From Alteromonadaceae bacterium (GTDB lineage Bacteria; Pseudomonadota; Gammaproteobacteria; Enterobacterales; Alteromonadaceae): a stretch of DNA of 64,000 nt. The notes under the pieces are model-generated. The model was not told where the DNA came from. It saw nothing but the letters and a program-made list of their open reading frames with translations, and searched no databases. Location of the stretch: assembly GCA_047621305.1 (NCBI GenBank), contig JBLHNB010000012.1, positions 11,024 through 75,023 of the forward strand, read 5' to 3'. Below, piece by piece: positions 54,849-62,766 of the stretch. A program made the position numbers and the translations under genes. Every line of letters begins with the position of its first letter. Within the stretch, counting starts at the first letter, position 1.

Positions 54849-57800
54849 TTAGCTTTCCACCGTAGTCCGAGTTTTTTTCAAGAAGGTTTGCCGTTGACGC
54901 TTACCGCGTTGAGATGCCTTTTGTATATCGTGGTTAACCGATGCCGGCTGACCACTTTGCTGTTGTTCAAAATATTTTGTCATGGCACTTACACTGGTCA
55001 TATTAAATAAATCCAGCATCGTAAGTTTGACTTCAAATTCAGTCTCTAGTCGCTGTTGCATTTGGCCGAGTAATAGCGAATGTCCACCTAAATCAAAAAA
55101 ATTATCGTTCATACCAACACGTTGAACGTCTAATACCTGCGCCCAAATCTTAGTGATTTTATGGCCTACTGTACCGATTGGTGCTTGGTAATGACTGTCA
55201 CTTTTCCATTGAGGTTCAGGTAAATTATGACGATCAATTTTTCCATTAGCAGTCACAGGTAACTGTGTCAGCACAGTAATGACACTTGGCACCATATACT
55301 CGGGTAAATGCTGAGCCAGTGCTTGTTTTAACGTGAGTGCAGAAATATTATCACCGCCCACATAAGCAACTAAACGTAGCCCTGTGCTGCTTTCTTTTGC
55401 TAAGACAACCGCTTCTTTTACGCTAGCTTGCGTCATAAGTTGAGTTTCAATTTCACCCAGTTCAATGCGAAGTCCACGAATTTTAACTTGGTGATCAATT
55501 CGCCCTAGGTAGACTAATTGCCCTTGCTGATCCCAGCGAACTAAATCGCCAGTGCGATACAAGCGTCCACCGTTATTAGCGAATAAATCGGCGATAAAAC
55601 AGTCGGCTGTTAGATCTGGACGAGCCAAATAACCACGAGCAAGACCTCGTCCGCCAATATATAATTCTCCACTAGCGCCTTGCGGCACAGGATTTAAGTC
55701 AGCATCAAGTACATACACTTGCCGATCACCAACCGGGCGACCTATGGGCACTTGTTCAACGTTAGCACTGGTGTCGGCTAAACTCTGCCAAGCGGTTGGC
55801 GTAATAATGGTTTCTGTTGGCCCATAAGCATTAACGATACGCGGAGCAGAAAAAGCACGATGAGCATCGTGATAATCAGCATTATTAAGTGCTTCACCAC
55901 CGACAATACAGGTTCGGATTTGTTGGTAATTGTTTAATAATGGTGTTAATAAACGTAAATATGCTGGTGGTAAATGTAATGCTGTTACTTGGTGCTGCGT
56001 AATTAAATTGGCGACGTTGTCGACAGCTAATTGTTCTTTTTTAGCCAAAACAATAGAGCCGCCAGCCGTTAATGGCGTCATCCATTGTTCGCCTGCGGCA
56101 TCAAAATTAATCGAGAAAAATTGCAGTTCACGATGTTTTTCATTAATGCCATAAACCTTGCTAATCGTTTGAATATGCATCGACAATGGCCCATGCGTGA
56201 CAGCAACACCTTTCGGTCGACCTGTTGATCCAGAGGTATAAATCACGTAAGCCAAATGTTGATCATGCAACATAATGTTGGGATTGTGACTTGGCAGTTC
56301 AGTACAATTCAATTGTTCGACATTCAATAGCGGCACACTTGAATTCGGTAAGTTTGCCTGCAATGCCTGTTGAGTCAGCACAAATATCACGTCACTGTCG
56401 GCAACCATGTAGGCTAATCTGTCTTTTGGATAAGCGGGATCTAATGGCACATAAGCCGCTCCTGCTTTCCAAATGGCAAACAAAGCAATAATCATTTCGA
56501 AACCACGCTCTAATGCCATACCCACCCGATCTTCTGGTTGAATATTTTGACGCAGTAAATAATGAGCTAACCGATTGGCGGCTTGGTTCAACTCAGCATA
56601 CGTCATTGTTTGTTGTGCAAAAATTAAAGCCGTTGCTTCCGGTTGTAGCTCAACTTGTCGCTCAAACAAAGCGTGTACTGTTGGGGTTTTACCCGAAAAT
56701 CCGGCTCCTTGTCCCCATTTAGATAATTGTTTAGCTTCATTATCACCCAGTAATTTCACTTGCTCTATGTTTTGACTCGGCTCTTCAACAAAAGCACGCA
56801 ATAACGTTACATAATGCCCAGACATACGCATAATGGTGTCTGCAGAAAATAGATTTTTAGCATAAACAAATTCAATAACAATTTGATCATTTTCCAATTC
56901 ATAGCATTCAAGTGTTAATTCGAACTGCGCAGCAACATCAATTGTTTGCCAGCTATTATGCGAAGAGGATGCTAGTAAGTTACCCCAACGACGACTATCG
57001 TGTTGAGAATAACTAAACATCACCTGAAATAAAGGATGGCTATCAACACTACGCTTTATTTTCATTGCTTCAACCAAGTATTCAAACGGTAGGTCTTGGT
57101 GCTCTTGCGCACCTAAAGTGATCGCTTTTATTTGCGCAACTAAAGTTGTTAATGACATTTGTCCTTTCATTGTGCTCGGGATCACTTGCGTATTAGCAAA
57201 GAATCCTAATAATGCTTCAGTTTGCTGCCAATGACGATTAGCTATAGGGATACCAATACGAAGCTCTTTTTGACCCGTATGGCGATACAGTAAGGCGTTA
57301 AAACTGGCCAACAGGATCATAAATAAACTGGCTTGTTGTGTTACTCCTTGTTGACGTAATTGCTGAACGAGGCTCTTTGGCAGCTCGACGCGGTGACGGG
57401 CACCTACATATTGATTGGTGGTCGTGCGGGGGAAGTCAGTAGTTAATTGCAAAATGGGTTGCTCTTGCCCCAATTGTTTTGTCCACCAAGTCAATTGGCG
57501 TTCAGTTTCACCTGAAGCCAAATATTCTCGCTGCCATACAGCATAATCAGCATAGCTAATTGTCTGCTCTGGTAAAATAACAGCCTGGTTGCTTTGCTCT
57601 GCCTGATAAATTATTGCGATTTCGTCTAAAACAATTTGCATTGAGGCGCCATCAGCAATGATGTGATGCATCACTAATATTAGTTTTTGACCTGCGTTGC
57701 CGAGCTTGAATAAAGCGGCACGTACTAATGGTCCTGAACTTAAATCAAATGCTTGTTGACTAAAATATTTACTTTGACTGGCTAATGCTTTTTGCTGAGC

Positions 57801-60176
57801 ATCTCCTTCTAAGCGGCTTAAATCAACAATGGTTAGTGGCCATGCTCCTTGACTGTGTATTATTTGAACCGGTTGGCCTACGTTCTCAGCGGTGTTACCT
57901 GCCGCAAAACGAGTACGTAATGCAGGATGCCTTACCACCAATACGTTTAATGCTGTTTGTAACTGTTCGCCGTTAATTGTAATTTTTAAATCTAGACAAG
58001 CGCCCATATTATAAGCGCTATTTAGCGGGTCAATTTGCCAAATAAACCATTGCCTTGCTTGCGCATGTGACATAGGTATCGCTTGTTCTGCGCTAAAGTT
58101 ATTACATGGGATCAATGCTTGCTTGATTAAGATATTACCGCTGTTCACAACTTGATCAATTGCCATCGCTTGCTCACTCAGCAGAGGAAGCTCAAATAAT
58201 TGTCGAAAAGGAATATTAATCTGCCACTCTTGCTGTATTTTACCTAATAACTGTGTTGCTTTTATCGAGTTACCACCACAGGCTAAAAAATGCGAATCTT
58301 TATCTAAATTAATGCTCTTTTGTAGCAGTTCAGCCCATATTTCAGCTAATTTTTTTTCTGTTTTCGACAGGGTTAAAATTGAACGCTGGGATATTAATGA
58401 TTGACCACGCAGCATGTTGCCGTGAGCATAAATGGCATAGGCTTCTTCTGCTTGTTTTTGCCAAACCACATGGCAGGCACTGCGTTGCAGTTTACCACTT
58501 GATGTTTTTGGTAAAGAACCTGGTTGCATCATAATGACAACACTGACAGTGTCACCACAAAGTTCAGAGAGTATGATGCCAAGACGATCAACAACCTGTT
58601 GTGGACTAATTTTTTTTTGTGCACGTCGAGAAAGCTCTAACGCAATACCTATACCTTCGCCTTGCAAACCTTTGGCAGCAAAAGCCGCCACTCGCCCTTT
58701 ACGGGCATGTTCAAATTCGTTTTCAATACTTTTTTCCAGATCTTGTGGGTATAAATTGCGACCACGGCTAATAATAAGATCTTTGGCTCGACCGACGATA
58801 AATAGTTGGTGATTCATCGAAACCCCCAAATCTCCGGTGCGCAACCAGCGTTTACCATCTTGATCAATAAAAGTAGCAGCTGTGGCCTCTACGTTTTTCC
58901 AATATCCTTGCGCAATACTTGGACCGCTAGCCCATATTTCGCCGATCTGAGAATTTTTTAGCGTCTGCAGGCTGTCTGGGTTAACAATTTTAATTTCATG
59001 GTCGCTTACCGTATAGCCACATGCCACTTGTTTAGTACCATCTTGCTCAGCAATTTTTGCTTGCCCTTTTGCTAAGGCATCACTGTCAAAGTCTTGAACT
59101 AATAGTCCTGATAAACGCCGACCGCAAGTGATAAATAAAGTGGCTTCCGCCAAGCCGTAACAAGGAACGATGGCCGCGTTGTTAAAACCCGTTACCGCCA
59201 TATGATCAATAAAAGAAGTTAGGGTGTCGTGACGGACAGGCTCAGCACCGCTAAAAGCCACTTGCCAGCAGGATAAATCTAATTTGGCCAATGCCTTGGC
59301 TTTAATGCGATCAACACACAAACGGTAACTAAAGTCAGGGCCACCACTTACGGTAGCACGATGTCTATCAATAGCAGCTAGCCAACGGATCGGTTTCTCG
59401 AGAAAAAATCGTGGCGACATCAGCACACATTTTGCGCCTAAGTATAAAGGCTGTAACAAACAACCAATAAGCCCCATATCATGGTATAGCGGTAACCAAG
59501 AGACCACCACATCTTCCTCTGTACTATTAAATCCCGCTGTAATGGCAATTTCATTAGCTATTAAATTGCCATGGCTGACCATAACGCCTTTGGGAGCTGC
59601 AGTAGAGCCTGAGGTATATTGTAAAAAGGCAATATCATCTAACTTAGGGCTATAACTTTGCCAGTAATCACTTTGCTCAAAAACTTTAGTATCAATATTC
59701 AATAATTGGCAATTCTGTGATCCTTGTTTAACGATGCTTGCCATGGTTAACCTAACAAGTTCATTATCTTCACTGCTCGCTAATATCCACTTAGCCTGTG
59801 CATTAATACCAATTCCCACGACCCGTGCTAAGTGTTGGGAGCGAGATGATTCAGGAACAAAGAGAGGTACGGCAATTAACCCTGCATACAAGCAAGCTAA
59901 AAAGCTCACGACATAGTGCTCATTATTATCAAACATTAATAAAACACGCTCGCCTAACTGGCTATTAGCTTGTAAATAAGCCGCCAGATTACTACTGCGC
60001 GTATTGAGCTCTTGATACGTTAAGCTGATTTCAGTTAATTGTCCTTGCTGTTCACTGACCACGACCAAAGCAATATCTTTGGGTTTACTGGCGGCCAGTT
60101 GTTGTACTCTCGTCACTATATTGAACGCTTGAGTACTAGATAAAGGTAAGTTGGGTTGTGCAGACGTCTCTGTCAT
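54849..60176 (-). CDS. Lipo-initiating NRPS: FAAL-ACP-C-A-T
   Basis: FLQYTSGST, WLPLYHDMGLIG, YGLAEATL, PKTSSGK (FAAL); GGNS (ACP); HHIIADG (C); A code DAEHIGAITK; GGHS (T). Confidence 0.95.
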   Translation of the reverse strand: MTETSAQPNLPLSSTQAFNIVTRVQQLAASKPKDIALVVVSEQQGQLTEISLTYQELNTRSSNLAAYLQANSQLGERVLLMFDNNEHYVVSFLACLYAGLIAVPLFVPESSRSQHLARVVGIGINAQAKWILASSEDNELVRLTMASIVKQGSQNCQLLNIDTKVFEQSDYWQSYSPKLDDIAFLQYTSGSTAAPKGVMVSHGNLIANEIAITAGFNSTEEDVVVSWLPLYHDMGLIGCLLQPLYLGAKCVLMSPRFFLEKPIRWLAAIDRHRATVSGGPDFSYRLCVDRIKAKALAKLDLSCWQVAFSGAEPVRHDTLTSFIDHMAVTGFNNAAIVPCYGLAEATLFITCGRRLSGLLVQDFDSDALAKGQAKIAEQDGTKQVACGYTVSDHEIKIVNPDSLQTLKNSQIGEIWASGPSIAQGYWKNVEATAATFIDQDGKRWLRTGDLGVSMNHQLFIVGRAKDLIISRGRNLYPQDLEKSIENEFEHARKGRVAAFAAKGLQGEGIGIALELSRRAQKKISPQQVVDRLGIILSELCGDTVSVVIMMQPGSLPKTSSGKLQRSACHVVWQKQAEEAYAIYAHGNMLRGQSLISQRSILTLSKTEKKLAEIWAELLQKSINLDKDSHFLACGGNSIKATQLLGKIQQEWQINIPFRQLFELPLLSEQAMAIDQVVNSGNILIKQALIPCNNFSAEQAIPMSHAQARQWFIWQIDPLNSAYNMGACLDLKITINGEQLQTALNVLVVRHPALRTRFAAGNTAENVGQPVQIIHSQGAWPLTIVDLSRLEGDAQQKALASQSKYFSQQAFDLSSGPLVRAALFKLGNAGQKLILVMHHIIADGASMQIVLDEIAIIYQAEQSNQAVILPEQTISYADYAVWQREYLASGETERQLTWWTKQLGQEQPILQLTTDFPRTTTNQYVGARHRVELPKSLVQQLRQQGVTQQASLFMILLASFNALLYRHTGQKELRIGIPIANRHWQQTEALLGFFANTQVIPSTMKGQMSLTTLVAQIKAITLGAQEHQDLPFEYLVEAMKIKRSVDSHPLFQVMFSYSQHDSRRWGNLLASSSHNSWQTIDVAAQFELTLECYELENDQIVIEFVYAKNLFSADTIMRMSGHYVTLLRAFVEEPSQNIEQVKLLGDNEAKQLSKWGQGAGFSGKTPTVHALFERQVELQPEATALIFAQQTMTYAELNQAANRLAHYLLRQNIQPEDRVGMALERGFEMIIALFAIWKAGAAYVPLDPAYPKDRLAYMVADSDVIFVLTQQALQANLPNSSVPLLNVEQLNCTELPSHNPNIMLHDQHLAYVIYTSGSTGRPKGVAVTHGPLSMHIQTISKVYGINEKHRELQFFSINFDAAGEQWMTPLTAGGSIVLAKKEQLAVDNVANLITQHQVTALHLPPAYLRLLTPLLNNYQQIRTCIVGGEALNNADYHDAHRAFSAPRIVNAYGPTETIITPTAWQSLADTSANVEQVPIGRPVGDRQVYVLDADLNPVPQGASGELYIGGRGLARGYLARPDLTADCFIADLFANNGGRLYRTGDLVRWDQQGQLVYLGRIDHQVKIRGLRIELGEIETQLMTQASVKEAVVLAKESSTGLRLVAYVGGDNISALTLKQALAQHLPEYMVPSVITVLTQLPVTANGKIDRHNLPEPQWKSDSHYQAPIGTVGHKITKIWAQVLDVQRVGMNDNFFDLGGHSLLLGQMQQRLETEFEVKLTMLDLFNMTSVSAMTKYFEQQQSGQPASVNHDIQKASQRGKRQRQTFLKKTRTTVES

Positions 60177-60223
60177 TGTAAATTCTACCTATTTTTTATC
60201 TACTGTTTATCTATGTAAGATTT

Positions 60224-61036
60224 TCACACAAAGTTCTGTGTTAGGACTACTTCGGGATTATCTGTTAAACAGGATTCATTGATGCCTGCATAAGTCATTA
60301 ACGATTGAGTAATGCTTTTTAATACAAGGCTTTGTTGATCTTGAATATAAAAATGTCCACCATTAAATTCATGCAATGTGAGTTCTTTTTCACTATGTTG
60401 CTGCCATGCCAAAAGATCCTCTGGACTAATAATGTCACTTCTTCCGCTTAGCACTTGCATCAAAATAGGCAGTACTGGTGTTTTTTTGTACTTAAAACCT
60501 TGTAACAATCGATAATCCGCTGCTAATATATTTAGGGTCATATCTAATAGTTCCGGGTAATCAAATAGGGCTTTGGCGCTACCGCCCTGTTGACGTAAGT
60601 TAGCAATTAAAGCATCACGGTCATGAGTATCAGGAAAGCGACTTGGATCAAATTTATCTGGTGATGGACACGCAGATAACAGTAAAACTTTAGGTAAAAC
60701 TAGTTGTTTTTCTACTAGTACTTGGCTAATACCATAAGCCAGTAATGCACCCATACTATGTCCAAAAAAAGCAAATGGCTGTTGCATATCCTCCTGATAA
60801 TCACTGATCACGGTTTGAACTAAAGCATCAAAGTCTTCTACTGCCGTTTCATTTAAACGTGTGCCTCTTCCGGGTATTTCCAAAGGTACTATCTTGATCC
60901 AATGAGGTAAAAATCGACTCCACCGCAGATACATAGAAGCACTTGCCCCTGCGCATGGTAAGCAGAGCAGATTAATCGATGTTTTGGCTAACACAGCTAA
61001 AGTTGCTCCACTGTTTTTGCCTGTTCGGCCATCCAT
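60224..61036 (-). CDS. Type II thioesterase (true start may be GTG at 60994)
   Basis: LPCAGASA, PGRG, GHSMG, GGHF. Confidence 0.9.
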   Translation of the reverse strand: MDGRTGKNSGATLAVLAKTSINLLCLPCAGASASMYLRWSRFLPHWIKIVPLEIPGRGTRLNETAVEDFDALVQTVISDYQEDMQQPFAFFGHSMGALLAYGISQVLVEKQLVLPKVLLLSACPSPDKFDPSRFPDTHDRDALIANLRQQGGSAKALFDYPELLDMTLNILAADYRLLQGFKYKKTPVLPILMQVLSGRSDIISPEDLLAWQQHSEKELTLHEFNGGHFYIQDQQSLVLKSITQSLMTYAGINESCLTDNPEVVLTQNFV

Positions 61037-61236
61037 TGACGTAAAGATGCAGGACGCATATCAGTCCAATGTTCATTAATAAATGCATGTACTGTCGCTT
61101 TATCTCCTTGTACTTCTGGCACAGCTTGCCAACCTCCCGGAATTTCTTTCCATTGTGGCCAAATAGAGTATTGTTGTTCTTGATTTATCAAGACAATAAA
61201 GATCTGATCTTCACGATCAAAACAGCTTATTGACAT
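60997..61236 (-). CDS. mbtH: MbtH-like protein
   Basis: NQEQQYSIWP, PGGW, WTDMRPASL. Confidence 0.96.
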   Translation of the reverse strand: MSISCFDREDQIFIVLINQEQQYSIWPQWKEIPGGWQAVPEVQGDKATVHAFINEHWTDMRPASLRQWMAEQAKTVEQL

Positions 61237-61343
61237 AATGTCTCCTTATTAAATAAGCTCCAACAGCTTACTCTTTGTATGTCTATCCAAAGTCACGACA
61301 CACGACTATATTGTGGGACTTTAAATTAGATTTATGCTTAACA

Positions 61344-61368
61344 GACGAAAGTAAATGAGAATTGTTTA
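61344..61368 (-). promoter_or_regulatory. ECF (OrbS/PvdS-type) promoter of mbtH-TE-NRPS/PKS operon, overlapping a Fur-like sequence
   Basis: Minus strand TAAA-caattctcatttacttt(17)-CGTC; plus strand AAATGAGAATTGTTT. Confidence 0.75.
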
Positions 61369-61826
61369 AAGCAATGTGACTTTATGTACTCATTGCTTAA
61401 AAACGAGTAAAAAAGCGTATTAACATGAGATGCCATTGATAAAAAAATGACAAGGAAACAAGCGATACTTAACGTTATTATCGTTAAATTACAAACAAGT
61501 AATAGGCGATAATAGCAATTGAATTAAGCAATATAGCTGATTTTTTATGGGGAGAAATGAATAAATACAGAACACAAAATTTAGTAAGTAGAATAACTGC
61601 GGATCAATTTTTAACACTCGACTTATGTGTTTAAACCATTAAAACGAGTGAATATAGCTAACTTGGTATAACGATTATTTTTCTTAAATAACGGTTATCA
61701 ATTTGTCGTTAGATTTAAAATTTAAATTGAGTATGGCTAAAGATAAAAGTCACAAAAATTAACGCGTAAATTATTCTGATTTATTTAGTTTATGGGGTTC
61801 ACCCTGAGCTAGCTATTACGGTGTAA

Positions 61827-62030
61827 TTAATGGTCCACTGCAGGTGGGACTAAGCCAGTTAGAAACCATAAATTAGCCGCTTTATCGTAAGCTTGTCGAT
61901 GTAAAGGATTAGCATTAAGCCAAGCATTAAGACGTTTTATGTCTTGATGATTATCAGGTGTATCATGAACTGGGAATTGCGCCCATTGCCATGCGGTTGC
62001 CCATATATCATCTTTATCAGGTGCTATCAT
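61827..62030 (-). CDS. Stand-alone FecR N-terminal (DUF4880-like) anti-sigma domain
   Basis: AWQW...LNAWLNANPLHRQAYDKAANLW; 67 aa, no TM or periplasmic part; follows the ECF sigma. Confidence 0.75.
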   Translation of the reverse strand: MIAPDKDDIWATAWQWAQFPVHDTPDNHQDIKRLNAWLNANPLHRQAYDKAANLWFLTGLVPPAVDH

Positions 62031-62156
62031 GATCCTATCCTATATAAATCAATGTCGATTTTAAGGGAGACTATCATAAGGCGGGATGAAAAAAAAGTAT
62101 TCTATACCCGCACTAAAATGGCAGTTTCAAAGGCTTACAGAGCAATATGACGACAT

Positions 62157-62684
62157 TTATTCGTACAGTGTACGACAACTCACTATTGCAGCCATAGCGT
62201 CTTTAATCATAATATTTACTAATGCCGCCGAACATCCCACTTGCTCCGCAATTTTACGTTGTGTTAAACCAGCAAATCGATGTAACTCAAATACTTTTCT
62301 GGTCCGTTTAGGTAAACCTTCAATTACCCTGATAACGGCATCCAGTAATTGACATTCGGCCATACCCGTTTCAATATTTATCCCTGAAGAAGCGCTAGTA
62401 AATGCCGCCTCTTGGTTGTGATGGTCAAGGTAACCTGCTTCAACTTTCTTTTTACGACAATAATCAATAGCAATATTACGTACTACTTGGCAACAGTAGC
62501 TAAATGGTTTATCGACTTTTCGGGCACAAGACCCTTTTACCAATCGAATGTATGCATCTTGCAAAACATCCTCTGTTAGATCTTGCACTCCAACAATCTT
62601 TCTTGCTATCGCGCTTAATTGTTGACGGTTAGCAACAAAAACCGCTGCAAGATCAACCGTGGCCTGACATTCCTTCATCCTCAT
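62157..62684 (-). CDS. Iron-starvation ECF sigma factor (PvdS/OrbS/FecI-like)
   Basis: EDVLQDAY, VRNIAIDYCR, LPKRTRKVF...GLTQRKIA. Confidence 0.9.
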   Translation of the reverse strand: MRMKECQATVDLAAVFVANRQQLSAIARKIVGVQDLTEDVLQDAYIRLVKGSCARKVDKPFSYCCQVVRNIAIDYCRKKKVEAGYLDHHNQEAAFTSASSGINIETGMAECQLLDAVIRVIEGLPKRTRKVFELHRFAGLTQRKIAEQVGCSAALVNIMIKDAMAAIVSCRTLYE

Positions 62685-62734
62685 GCCCTCGAACTAATAA
62701 AGGCGTCTAGGTTCCCATTAGCTCAGACAAAAGT

Positions 62735-62757
62735 CAAATGATAATTGTTATCATTTG
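62735..62757 (-). promoter_or_regulatory. Fur box upstream of ECF sigma
   Basis: Perfect 10-3-10 inverted repeat CAAATGATAA-ttg-TTATCATTTG. Confidence 0.85.
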
Positions 62758-62766
62758 TATTTGAAT

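Noticed and set aside
40713-59916. Plus-strand ORFs within the NRPS/PKS genes
   Set aside because: They are short antisense shadows with no motifs.
61590-61670. Possible decayed MITE or sRNA upstream of mbtH (CACTCG...CGAGTG, TTGGTATA end)
   Set aside because: No matching left TIR and only a 6-bp stem; cannot be supported without a genome-wide search.
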